64,000 nucleotides of DNA from Terracidiphilus sp. (GTDB taxonomy: Bacteria; Acidobacteriota; Terriglobia; Terriglobales; Acidobacteriaceae), in assembly GCA_036519195.1 (NCBI GenBank), contig DATDLS010000572.1, forward strand, positions 29,390 to 93,389. The letters are read 5' to 3'. Both the position numbers and the translations under genes were made by a program. The notes beneath the pieces were generated by a model, which saw nothing but the letters and a program-made list of their open reading frames with translations, searched no databases and was not told the DNA's origin. Shown in pieces: positions 1-9,805 of the stretch (position 1 is the stretch's first letter; each line of letters begins with the position of its first letter).

Positions 1-215
1 CGCACCACCGTACCCGGAATATCAGCCTTTGTGATCGAGTAGGACCCATCTGGGTTGGCGCTCACTGACAGGGTTTCCCCCTGGATCGACACTGGTCCGC
101 GCATCCCATCGAGCGGCGCCTGCTGGCCCGGTTGACCCGCATATGCCGGGATTCCAATGGCGATCGCGCCTGCAGCGAGAAACGTGCACAGATTCCGTCT
201 AAACCGTCGCTTCAC
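1..215 (-). CDS. 5' end of a secreted protein running off the left edge (possibly a glycosidase)
   Basis: Manual translation: AAGGAG RBS, then GTG at 215, reading MKRRFRRNLCTFLAAGAIAIGIPAYA-GQPGQQ... (signal-peptide-like) and open to position 1. Function guessed only from context. Confidence 0.7.
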   Translation of the reverse strand, partial: MKRRFRRNLCTFLAAGAIAIGIPAYAGQPGQQAPLDGMRGPVSIQGETLSVSANPDGSYSITKADIPGTVV

Positions 216-417
216 GTGGACTCCTTTGAAGATACATCCTGGGAATTGCAGTTGATCAGCCGGAAGCCCCTTCATGATGCATAGGCAGGAAACCATGCTG
301 TTCATTTCGGTGAAGGGTGAATCGAGCCGTACATATCGCACAACCCAGTCGGCTCCCTTCGGACAAACACGGCCACGAGTAAGTGAAGTTAAAAGCAAAT
401 CATCTTCGCGTTTCGCT

Positions 418-447
418 ATATTACGAATTCAATCGTTTTTCTGTCAA
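418..447 (-). promoter_or_regulatory. Putative sigma70 promoter for the leftward gene
   Basis: TTGACA (447-442), 18-nt spacer, TAATAT (423-418) on the minus strand. Confidence 0.4.
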
Positions 448-1057
448 TAGGAAACTTGACTCGATTGAGAGGCCCTGGCGACGGCACAGGGGCCACAGGG
501 AACGGCGCTGTCGAATCGTGTCTGCATAGTACCCCTGAGAACCCACGTTTAATCAATAATATCCATATCTGCTTCCGTTGATTTTTCATGGCGCTATGGA
601 CCTTTTCTGAAATCGAGAGGGGCACGAAGAGCGATGCGCCTGATCATCGGTAGAGATGCTTGACTGTAGACGGGCGCGTTGAGAGAAGGCGGCAGGATTG
701 TCCCAGAGTTTGGTCTCCAGTTCAGTCTTCGGGAACGAGCCGCACCACAAGTGTGCGTACGGCAGCCAGACGAATAGGATTGAGCGTCGGAGCGAAACTC
801 CGCATGAGGCTCGAAGAACTCCGGGAACAACATGCAGTTCTTTGCAATTGCCGGCCTTTCAACCATTTCCATGACGGAATTGGCGCTGATCCTCCCCCAT
901 ATTGCAGGCTGAGAGCCCGATTCAGGCCGCCGCGCCCGCCGACCGGTAGGGTTGCGCTCCAGAATGCAGCTGCAACTGCGGGGATCCTCGGCGGCCCTCG
1001 CCCTCCATGCGATGTGCTTTTTTACGTAATGGTTTCGTTATTGGCAAAGTGAAAGAC

Positions 1058-1086
1058 TTGTCGGTTGCGTAACGCTAATATATTAT
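1058..1086 (+). promoter_or_regulatory. Putative sigma70 promoter of the agaS-like operon
   Basis: TTGTCG, 17-nt spacer, TATTAT; the spacer contains CGTAACGCTA, which resembles a LacI-type site. Confidence 0.45.
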
Positions 1087-1172
1087 TCCGTAGGGCTTCG
1101 TATTAGACCCAATTCGCGGAATGCATATTTTCGCTGCTTGGAAGTTACCCCTAAAAGAGGAATGGAGTTTAG

Positions 1173-2297
1173 ATGTCACACGATCCGAGAGTACTCGCAG
1201 AGGATGGCCGCCTCACCGCTCCCCAATACACCTTGCAGGAAATCCTCCGGCAGCCTCTTCTCTGGCCCATCACGCTGGAAAGCGTCCGTTTCGCATCGGA
1301 ACGGTTGCAACTGGGAGTCAAGCTTCAACATGCTCGTGTCCTGCTGACGGGGGCGGGAACTTCGGCTTATGCGGCCACTGCTGTGGCTGCGGCATGGCCC
1401 CGGGCACATGCCGTCCCTACTACCGACCTGCTCGTCGATGCGGAACGATACCTTCTGGACGTAGACGCTGTGATCTCGCTGGCCCGCTCCGGCAACAGTC
1501 CGGAAAGCGCCGCCGTCGTCGAGCGTATTCGCGCCCTCCGGCCCGACATTCTGCAGTTGGCGATCGTCTGCAATGAAGACGGCGATTTGTCGCGGGCAAG
1601 TCTTGACGGGCTCATTGTCCTTGACCCCCGCACCAATGACCAAAGTCTCGTGATGACCAGTTCGTTTTCCAATCTGGTGCTCGCCGGACTGCTTCTGGCC
1701 CAACCGGATGCGGTTGCGGCCACGGCGGATGAGTTCAGCTTGCGCGCAGCCGCATTGCTGCCCGATATCGATCGGGTATGCCGCCGCGTGGCTGCTGGCA
1801 TCCACGACCGGATCGTGATTCTGTCCTCATCGCCCCTGCTTGGATGGGCGCGTGAAGCTGGACTTAAGACCCTCGAAATGACCGCCGGCCACTTCCCCGT
1901 CGTCACTGAGACCCATCTCGGGCTTCGACATGGCCCAATGTCTTTTGTCAAAGCCGACACGCTCGTGCTGTGTTTGTTATCCAGCGATCCGGTTCGCCGC
2001 CGTTATGAAGCAGATCTGATCCATGAACTTCGCGCGAAGAAGATTGGCTACCTGGTCGGCATCGCGGATCCAGCCGAATCGGAAGGTTTATTCGATGCGG
2101 TCATCCCCGCCATCGTTCCGCATGCCGACGACGCTCTGCGCACACCCTATGAGATCGTGGGCCCGCAGTTGCTTGGATATCACTTGAGCCTGAGCATTGG
2201 GTTGAACCCCGATAACCCCAGCCCCGACGGCGTCATCAACCGGGTGGTTCAGGGTGTCCGGATTCATCCTGCTTATCCCCATGATCCCGTGTATTAA
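1173..2297 (+). CDS. agaS: SIS-domain sugar-phosphate isomerase/deaminase, AgaS-like
   Basis: TLQEILRQP, LTGAGTSAY, SLARSGNSPES, VMTSSFS, LGLRHGP and C-terminal PDNPSPDGVINRVVQGV are AgaS hallmarks. Confidence 0.85.
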   Translation: MSHDPRVLAEDGRLTAPQYTLQEILRQPLLWPITLESVRFASERLQLGVKLQHARVLLTGAGTSAYAATAVAAAWPRAHAVPTTDLLVDAERYLLDVDAVISLARSGNSPESAAVVERIRALRPDILQLAIVCNEDGDLSRASLDGLIVLDPRTNDQSLVMTSSFSNLVLAGLLLAQPDAVAATADEFSLRAAALLPDIDRVCRRVAAGIHDRIVILSSSPLLGWAREAGLKTLEMTAGHFPVVTETHLGLRHGPMSFVKADTLVLCLLSSDPVRRRYEADLIHELRAKKIGYLVGIADPAESEGLFDAVIPAIVPHADDALRTPYEIVGPQLLGYHLSLSIGLNPDNPSPDGVINRVVQGVRIHPAYPHDPVY

Positions 2298-2314
2298 CAA
2301 CAAAGGAGTCTCGA

Positions 2315-3115
2315 TTGACAGAAGAAATTGTTCAGGCGAAGTACTACCAAGTTGAAAAGATGAAGGTAGAAGTCCATCCCAGCAGGGATGCTGCCGGCGA
2401 AGCTGCTGCGCGAGCTGCTGCGAACGCTCTGATCGAGTCAGGAAAGAATCATAACTCCATAGGAGTGATCTTTGCTACGGGAGCTTCGCAGTTGCAGACA
2501 CTCGATGCACTTACCGGCATTGCAAATCTCCCCTGGAATCAAGTTCGCGGCTTTCATATGGATGAATACGTGGATATCGCTGCGGATCATCCTGCCTCGT
2601 TCCGCCGCTATCTCCGAGAGAGATTGACGGATAAGGTACAGATGAAGGAGTTCTTTGAGATTGATGGAAGCGCGCCGAATCCGGAGCAGACTAGCCGGGA
2701 GTATGCCGATAAGCTTCGCTCCGCCGCCCCACAACTGTGCTTTCTCGGTATCGGAGAAAACGGCCACCTCGCCTTCAACGATCCCCCCGCAGCAAACTTT
2801 CAAGATCCTGTGGATGTGAAAATAGTCCAGCTAGACGCCGTATGTCGGCAGCAGCAAACAGCGGAAGGTTGGTTTAGTAGCGTCGAGCAGGTACCGGAAT
2901 ATGCGATTACACTTACAATTCCGGCCTTGTTCCGTGTACCCAAACTGATCGTATCCGTGCCAGGAACACGCAAGGCGAAGATTGTACGGCGTGCCTTCGC
3001 AGAGCCTATTTCCACGATGTGTCCCGCGACCATCCTCCGCACTCATCCAGATGCAACCATCTATTTGGACCTGGAGTCGGCGGATGAATTGGGTGGGATC
3101 CTGGTTTCCAAATGA
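2315..3115 (+). CDS. nagB: Glucosamine/galactosamine-6-phosphate deaminase (NagB-like)
   Basis: FATGASQ, FHMDEY, LGIGENGHLAFNDP, CPATILRTH motifs; AAGGAG RBS before a TTG start. Confidence 0.8.
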   Translation: MTEEIVQAKYYQVEKMKVEVHPSRDAAGEAAARAAANALIESGKNHNSIGVIFATGASQLQTLDALTGIANLPWNQVRGFHMDEYVDIAADHPASFRRYLRERLTDKVQMKEFFEIDGSAPNPEQTSREYADKLRSAAPQLCFLGIGENGHLAFNDPPAANFQDPVDVKIVQLDAVCRQQQTAEGWFSSVEQVPEYAITLTIPALFRVPKLIVSVPGTRKAKIVRRAFAEPISTMCPATILRTHPDATIYLDLESADELGGILVSK

Positions 3116-3180
3116 CCGTGTAGCGGCTGGTACAAACCAAAGGTGCGAAATGCCAAGCAAGGAAGGGGAAAGGGTGAATT

Positions 3181-4611
3181 ATGACTGACGAGTCTACTTC
3201 CAGGACTGATCGCAGAACATTCATGAAACAGGGGGCGGGTACAATGCTCGCGGCAGGAATGACGGCACGCTCCTATGCGCGGGTATTGGGCGCAAACGAT
3301 CGCATCCGGGTTGCTCAACTCGGATGTGGAGGCCGTAGTCAGGGCCATGTACACATGGTCCAGTTAGCCTCCCGGCAAATCCCGGTTGAGACCGTTGCTG
3401 TCTGCGACATTTGGAGTTTGGCCAGAGAGGCACGGGCAGCCCAGGTCAAAGAGGCTTTCAATCTTGATCCGCAATCCTATAAATACTCCGAGGAAATGCT
3501 CGCCAGTAAGGATATCGATGGAGTGATGATCGCAACCGGCGACTTCCAGCATGCCAAGCTTTGCACGGAAGTGGTGCGGGCGGGCAAGGATTGCTATGTG
3601 GAGAAGCCGTTTGCCAATGTGCTTTCCGAAGCCAAGGAGGCACGCGATACGGTAAAGGCTTCCAAGCAGATGGTCCAGGTGGGTTCGCAGCATCGGAGCG
3701 AACCTTACCAGTTAGCCGTTAGGGACATTGTTCGCTCCGGTCGCATCGGCGATATCGTCCATATCGAACAGGAATGGAATGTGAATGAGGAGCGGTGGCG
3801 GTTCGTGAATATGGACACCGGCAACTCTCGTGAGAGGGAGCAGGATCGCAACATGGAGTGGAAGAAGTGGCTGTTCGAGGCCAAATCGAAGCTTCGCGAA
3901 GAGGACACGGACTGGGATCGATGGCTTCTAGGCAAACCGCACCGGCCTTTTGACCCTCATGTCTATCTCGAATTCCGTCTCTACAAGGATTACTCCGCGG
4001 GAATCTTCGATCAGTGGCTGAGCCATGGCAGCGACCTGGTGCATCTCTGGACCGATCAGGCATATCCGGAAAGTGTCGTGGCCAACGGCGGTATTTATGC
4101 CTGGAAAGACGGACGCCAGAATCCCGATACGTGTGTGGCCGCAATCACCTATCCCAAGGGCTTTCTTTATACCTATAAAACCGTGTTTGGGAACAGCTTT
4201 CGAAGCTTTTCAAGGATCCAGGGCCGCGATGGAACGATCGCAAACTATGGCGGCGAGGGCGCGTCACTCTTTACGGTCGGTAAAGAAGGTGGCAGGGATG
4301 AATTTTCCGGGTCGGTAAATTCAAGAGCCGTACCTATCGTAAGTCCATTGACAGACGAGGAGGCAGTCGTCCAGGTTCCAGGCGCTGAACCGCCTGACGG
4401 GCGCGGTCCGGGGGACGACAGCGTGGTCCATGTCATGAACTGGCTCAACTCCATGAAGTCGCGAAACCCGCCCAATGCAAACGTGGATCACGGATTCTCG
4501 CATTCGATTGTGTGCATCATGGCGGCACAATCGTACTGGAGCGGCAAGAGGCTCTACTGGAATCCTGAGAGGGAAGAAATTGTCGATCAACCTGTGGTCC
4601 GGACAACTTAA
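3181..4611 (+). CDS. Tat-exported Gfo/Idh/MocA family NAD-dependent oxidoreductase (copy 1)
   Basis: DRRTFMK twin-arginine leader, Rossmann LGCGGRS, YVEKP motif, QVGSQHRS. Confidence 0.9.
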   Translation: MTDESTSRTDRRTFMKQGAGTMLAAGMTARSYARVLGANDRIRVAQLGCGGRSQGHVHMVQLASRQIPVETVAVCDIWSLAREARAAQVKEAFNLDPQSYKYSEEMLASKDIDGVMIATGDFQHAKLCTEVVRAGKDCYVEKPFANVLSEAKEARDTVKASKQMVQVGSQHRSEPYQLAVRDIVRSGRIGDIVHIEQEWNVNEERWRFVNMDTGNSREREQDRNMEWKKWLFEAKSKLREEDTDWDRWLLGKPHRPFDPHVYLEFRLYKDYSAGIFDQWLSHGSDLVHLWTDQAYPESVVANGGIYAWKDGRQNPDTCVAAITYPKGFLYTYKTVFGNSFRSFSRIQGRDGTIANYGGEGASLFTVGKEGGRDEFSGSVNSRAVPIVSPLTDEEAVVQVPGAEPPDGRGPGDDSVVHVMNWLNSMKSRNPPNANVDHGFSHSIVCIMAAQSYWSGKRLYWNPEREEIVDQPVVRTT

Positions 4612-4803
4612 GGCGATCTGAATATCAGATGCTGATCTTTGTCTTGTAACCAACATGTTAGGACGCCGGCTCAATTGCGCACTCACCAGACGGGAGGATT
4701 TATCTGTCAGGATATGAATTCCGCAGCCGGATTGAACGGGATTTCCTTACCCAATTGGGCCGTGTGTTTGAAGTAGCAGGCTGGATGCCAGGAGGTAGAT
4801 GCA

Positions 4804-6246
4804 GTGCTTGAAAATACCGATGAAGGAATCGACCGCCGGACGTTTGTGAAGCAGGCGGGTGGGGCGATGCTCGCGGCAGGCATGAGCGCCAAATCCTATG
4901 CGCGTGTCCTCGGCGCCAACGATCGCATCCGTTTGGGTCAACTCGGCTGTGGCGACCGCAGTGAAGGACATGTGCACATGGTCTCGCTTGCTGCTAAGCA
5001 GATGCCGGTGGAAACGGTTGCAGTTTGCGACATCTGGAGCCTGGCGCGGGAGCACCGAGCTGCCCAGGTGAAGCGGCTATTCAACCTCGAGCCGCAGAGC
5101 TTCAAGTATTCCGAGGAGATGTTGGCGCTTAAGGATATCGACGGCGTGATGATCGCCACGGGCGACTTCCAGCACGCCAAGCTGTGTGCAGAAGTGGTGA
5201 GAGCAGGAAAGGATTGTTATGTGGAGAAGCCGTTTGCCAACGTGCTCTCCGAGGCCATTGAGACACGCGACCTGGTGAAGCAGTCCAAGCAGATTGTCCA
5301 GATGGGAACGCAACACCGCAGCCAGCCCTATCCCCTGGCAGTGCGAGACATCATTCGTTCCGGGAGAATCGGCGACATTGTGCATATCGAGCAGGAATGG
5401 AATGTGAATGAGGAGCGATGGAGATTCACTCCGATGGACACCGGCATCAGCAAGGAAATGCTGATGGACATCCACATGGGGTGGAAGCAATGGCTCAATG
5501 GCCGCACCTCGCAACTTCGAGAACAAGACACGGACTGGAAGCGGTGGCTGCTGGGGAAACCAGATCGTCCCTTCGATCCTCATGTGTATCTTGAATTCCG
5601 GCTTTATAAAGATTTTTCGTCGGGCATCTTCGATCAGTGGCTCAGCCACGGCTGCGACTTGGTTCATCTTTGGACCGATCAGACGTATCCGGAAAGTGTC
5701 GTCGCGAACGGCGGAGTCTTCACCTGGAAAGACGGCCGGGACAATCCCGATACCTGCGTCACAGCCATCGTTTATCCCAAGGGATTTCTCTATACCTATA
5801 AAACGATCTTCGGCAACAGCTATCGGAGCTTTTCCAGAATTCACGGGCGCGACGGCACCATCGAGAATTATGGAGGTGAGGGCGCATCTCTGTTTACGGT
5901 TACCCGCGAAGGAGGAAGACAGGAATTCGATCCAGACGAGTCGGGGCCGGTCTACACAAAACTCCCCATCGTCGGGCCCACGCAAGACGGTGAACAGATT
6001 GTCCATGTTCCTGGAGCCCCGGCGCCCAACTCGCTGGGCCCGGACGATGACGATGTAGGCCATCTGGTGAACTGGTTGCAGTCGATGCACACGCGCACCC
6101 AGCCGAACGGTACGGTCGACCACGGCTTCTCGCATGCGCTTGTGTGCATCATGGCCGCCCAATCGTACTGGAGCGGCAAGAAGCTGTATTGGGATCCGAG
6201 GAAAGAACAGATCGTCGATCACCCGGTCGGAGAGAACGCCGTCTGA
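4804..6246 (+). CDS. Tat-exported Gfo/Idh/MocA family oxidoreductase (copy 2, tandem paralog)
   Basis: DRRTFVK leader, LGCGDRS, YVEKP; long blocks identical to 3181-4611. Confidence 0.9.
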   Translation: MLENTDEGIDRRTFVKQAGGAMLAAGMSAKSYARVLGANDRIRLGQLGCGDRSEGHVHMVSLAAKQMPVETVAVCDIWSLAREHRAAQVKRLFNLEPQSFKYSEEMLALKDIDGVMIATGDFQHAKLCAEVVRAGKDCYVEKPFANVLSEAIETRDLVKQSKQIVQMGTQHRSQPYPLAVRDIIRSGRIGDIVHIEQEWNVNEERWRFTPMDTGISKEMLMDIHMGWKQWLNGRTSQLREQDTDWKRWLLGKPDRPFDPHVYLEFRLYKDFSSGIFDQWLSHGCDLVHLWTDQTYPESVVANGGVFTWKDGRDNPDTCVTAIVYPKGFLYTYKTIFGNSYRSFSRIHGRDGTIENYGGEGASLFTVTREGGRQEFDPDESGPVYTKLPIVGPTQDGEQIVHVPGAPAPNSLGPDDDDVGHLVNWLQSMHTRTQPNGTVDHGFSHALVCIMAAQSYWSGKKLYWDPRKEQIVDHPVGENAV

Positions 6247-6388
6247 AGGAAGCTAGAGAGGTTCTCCCAATTCATGTGGCGTTGCAAACGTATGCAAGGT
6301 GGCTTTTTCTTGGGGAAAAAGCCCATTTAGAGCATCGACTTCGCCCTACACACGTTGGAGAACCGCTATAACCGCATAGCGAAACGAG

Positions 6389-7717
6389 ATGAATCCGGTG
6401 AATGCCATGCAGGGAACGGGGAAGTCACCCAAGTTTCGCAGCTCGGGACGAGTGCGGTGGTGGATCGTATGGACGCTCTTCTTTTCGACGGTGACCAACT
6501 ACATCAGTCGTCAGACCTTCTCGGTCTTGGCGCCGTTGATTACCGCACAATATCATCTGACGCACACCGACCTTGCCAAAATTCTAGGGGCGTTTCAGAT
6601 TTCCTATGCCATCACATGGCTTCTCGGTGGCATCTTCCTTGACGCCGTAGGTACGCGGCTTGGGCTGGCCCTGGCCGTCGTTTTCTGGTCTCTCATCAAT
6701 ATCTTCACCGGTTTCGCAACCTCGGTCTTCGGCTTCGCATCCTTTCGATTTCTTCTGGGAATTGGGGAAGGTTTTAACTGGCCCGGTGCCAGCAAGACAG
6801 TTGCCGAGTGGTTTCCCAGCCAGGAGCGAAGCCTGGCGGTGGCCATCTTCGATAGCGGTTCCAGCGTGGGAGGGGCCGTGGCGGCGCTGGCCATTCCTTT
6901 GATTGCATTGGCCTTTGGCTGGCGATCTGCTTTCGTCCTTTCAGGACTGCTCGGCTTCGTTTGGCTGCTGATGTGGTTGCGCGTCTACCATCCGCTGGAC
7001 CGTCATCCCAGGGTGACGCCCGAGGAGGTTTCCTTGATCCGCGCAGGCCAGGATGTGCCTGCCATCTCTACCGAGCGTGGCCCGCGGCGTTGGATCAAAC
7101 TCGCCCGCGATCGAAATGTGTGGGGCATTGTTCTGGGTCGCGCACTTACCGATCCTATCTGGTGGTTTTATGTATTTTGGCTTCCCCAGTACCTGAGCGA
7201 TGCGCGCGGTTTCAGCTTGAAGCGAATCGCCCTCTTTGCCTGGATGCCGTTTATCGCTGCCGACATCGGCAACTTCACAGGCGGCTTGATTTCCGGCTAT
7301 TGCATTCGCCGCGGTGTTTCCGTAGTGCGGGCCCGCACATGGGTGTGCACGGTCAGTTGCCTACCGATTCTTGCCGGCATTCCCGCAGCCGGTGTGCACA
7401 ATGTCTATACCGCGTTGGCACTGATCTGTTTTGCCCTATGGGGGTACGCCAGTTGGTCCACCATGGGCCTCACTTTGCCCTCCGACCTTTTTCCTCAGGA
7501 TGTAGTGGCCACGGTTACAGGACTGAGCGGGCTGGCAGCAGGTCTGGTCGGCGCGGTCTTCACCTTTGCCGTGGGGATTCTGGTCGATCGCTTCTCCTAC
7601 GCACTCGCCTTCCTGGTCGCAGGATTGCTACCCATCTTCGCAACCGTCTGCTTATTGCTCTTGGTGCGCACTCCCAGCAGTACCTCGGCAGCATCAAGTG
7701 AATCGTCTCCTTCATGA
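6389..7717 (+). CDS. MFS transporter, ACS/ExuT (hexuronate transporter)-like
   Basis: RWWI...NYISRQ, RFLLGIGEGFNWPGASKTVAEWFP, TDPIWWFYVFWLP; about 12 hydrophobic segments. Confidence 0.85.
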   Translation: MNPVNAMQGTGKSPKFRSSGRVRWWIVWTLFFSTVTNYISRQTFSVLAPLITAQYHLTHTDLAKILGAFQISYAITWLLGGIFLDAVGTRLGLALAVVFWSLINIFTGFATSVFGFASFRFLLGIGEGFNWPGASKTVAEWFPSQERSLAVAIFDSGSSVGGAVAALAIPLIALAFGWRSAFVLSGLLGFVWLLMWLRVYHPLDRHPRVTPEEVSLIRAGQDVPAISTERGPRRWIKLARDRNVWGIVLGRALTDPIWWFYVFWLPQYLSDARGFSLKRIALFAWMPFIAADIGNFTGGLISGYCIRRGVSVVRARTWVCTVSCLPILAGIPAAGVHNVYTALALICFALWGYASWSTMGLTLPSDLFPQDVVATVTGLSGLAAGLVGAVFTFAVGILVDRFSYALAFLVAGLLPIFATVCLLLLVRTPSSTSAASSESSPS

Positions 7718-8092
7718 AGGCAATCTGTCCAAGCGTCTTGAAATGAGAAGGGCGTCCAGTCGAGAGTCGGGCCTTTACGGCGGCAACACAGGTTCAAATC
7801 TCGTCCGCTACGGACGCAAACAAGCTTTTTCGCCGTTCATCGCTTCCAAGCACTGAAATGGCAGGATGTAGTGTGGTTCAAAATTCCCGATTCCAGAGAG
7901 TAGAGCGATTCCGCCCTGTGGAACCCTAACAGCTTCCGGAGGTGGTGGAGACGCTGCCCCGAATTGTGACCGGCATGCTAAGAAAACCGATGCGGGCGGT
8001 AACGCAGGCAAGCGCGGCAACGTCCAATCTGAAGGAAGGCCGCAAAAGTGGGCAAGTTGTTCGTCTGAATTCCGCTCAGGAGGTTCACACTC

Positions 8093-8713
8093 ATGGCGTT
8101 TCTGTCCCGTATCGCAGGTTGCGCTGTTCTAATGGCCGCCCTGCTGCCACTCTCCGCGGATGCGCAGTCGGTGCGCGTCGGGGCGACTGCTCCGGCCTTC
8201 ACCGCGACCGACTCGCGCGGCCAGACCCAAACCCTGGCTCAGTATCGGGGTAAGTACGTGGTGCTTGAGTGGCATAACCAGGGTTGCCCGTACACCAGAA
8301 AACACTATGCCACAGGGAACATGCAGGCTTTGCAAAAGGAGTGGACGGCGAAGGGCGTGGTTTGGTTCACGGTGATCTCCTCGGCCTTCGGCCAACAGGG
8401 CTATGTGACTCGCAAGCAGGAAAATGATTATCTGGTGCAGATGCATGCGGTTCCAACCGCGGTGCTGCTGGACCCGGCGGGCGAGATCGGCCGTCTATAC
8501 TTCGCCAAGACCACGCCGCAGATGATCGTCATCGATCCTTCCAGCAATGTGATTTATGACGGCGCCATCGACGACCGGCCGACTCCCGATCCTCCGGATG
8601 TGCGCGGAGCGCGGAACTATGTCTCCGAGGCCTTGACGGAGGCGATGGCGGGCGAGCCGGTGGCCAAACCGTTTACGCGTCCTTACGGCTGCGCGATCAA
8701 GTACGAATATTGA
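8093..8713 (+). CDS. Exported redoxin (AhpC/TSA, thioredoxin-fold) protein
   Basis: Signal peptide, APAFTATD..G, VVLEWHNQGCPY, AKTTP, YDGAIDD, C-terminal PYGC; AGGAGG RBS. Confidence 0.85.
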   Translation: MAFLSRIAGCAVLMAALLPLSADAQSVRVGATAPAFTATDSRGQTQTLAQYRGKYVVLEWHNQGCPYTRKHYATGNMQALQKEWTAKGVVWFTVISSAFGQQGYVTRKQENDYLVQMHAVPTAVLLDPAGEIGRLYFAKTTPQMIVIDPSSNVIYDGAIDDRPTPDPPDVRGARNYVSEALTEAMAGEPVAKPFTRPYGCAIKYEY

Positions 8714-9461
8714 GGGATCGGGGGGTGGGGAGCATCCCCCATAAGCACTAAGATAACGATTCGAAATGCGGTCTTCGTTTGCGTCTTGATTGGCTCGGGG
8801 TCGCAGCCACTTGATTCCAGCTTTGCGAGACAGCTCGCTCAACACCGGCCATGCCGGTTGGCTGGCGACGATCCACACCAACTCCGCTCAAAAAGCGCTC
8901 CATCGGTTCGCCAATCGGATGTTGTCAAACCTCTTGCCGCAGTCGGAACTCCCGGGGCGATCAAAGCGCTCGTAGAGGCTCCTTCAGCCGCTGCAGACTC
9001 CGAGAATCAGACCGGATTCGCACTTTTCTATTTGGCCGCGAAGCCAGTCCCGCAATTGTTCTCCCCTCTGGAGACAGAACGCAGTCCTTCTCTGCACCTG
9101 CTGTTTTGAACAAGATTGGATCCGCGGAGAACTTCCGGGGCTGGTAGCGATTTTTGTCGCCATGGAGCCCTGCTCGACCTATAAGCCGTGGCACGACAAG
9201 CAATTGGGCAGGACCTTTCTCCAGTCGCCCACCCCCCAAAAAAAGCAGGCAATCCGAAGTGGAAGGCTGAGCAATTGTTGCGGGAGATGATACTGAAGGA
9301 GTACCGGGTGCTCACCGAAATGCTCAGCGTTGCCTCGGACGAATCACTGACCTTCCGATGGCGTGTGAAGGAGCGTCATATCAAAACGCGGCAGGGCAAG
9401 TGGAGCCCGACGTATCGAAAGACGAGCCAACTAATAGCTAGACCTCAAGTTATGGCAGGTT

Positions 9462-9635
9462 TTCTCGATCCCTGTCAGGCCGCAGAGCGGCGGACCTGTC
9501 GAGCGGTTCTTTGCGAAGATCAACGAGCAGTTTCATTCTGATCTGGAGGGTTACGCGAGCAAAAGGCGCAGATAACCGCGTCTGACACTGCAGCAGCCTG
9601 ACGCGCTCTTCCCGGCATTCCTGCTCGAAATCTAG
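9462..9635 (+). pseudogene. Degenerate Mu/TniA-like DDE transposase fragment
   Basis: Manual translation FSIPVRPQSGGPVERFFAKINEQFHSDLEGYASKRRR*PRLTLQQPDALFPAFLLEI* resembles the P..P..G..ERFF segment of rve/Mu transposases and contains internal stops. Confidence 0.6.
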
Positions 9636-9805
9636 GATCTGCTTAGAAGCCACGACGCCAGCCTGCACCCATCGAGCGTTAGGAAGAAGGCGCATTCCTT
9701 CCCTGCCCTAGTGAAGGTTTGAACGTTAGGGATACATTTCGCACTCTGACGAGCTTCAGGAAAAAGGCATCACTCCGATGAACAGCCACTTCCAGCTGAT
9801 GGCCT

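Noticed and set aside
416-1052. Short ORFs in the divergent intergenic region
   Set aside because: No recognisable motifs or RBS, and they overlap predicted promoters.
5077-6222. 381-aa minus-strand ORF and similar long antisense ORFs (39508-40503, 61958-62926, 29380-30147)
   Set aside because: They lie antisense to well-supported genes and show no motifs; typical shadow ORFs in GC-rich DNA.
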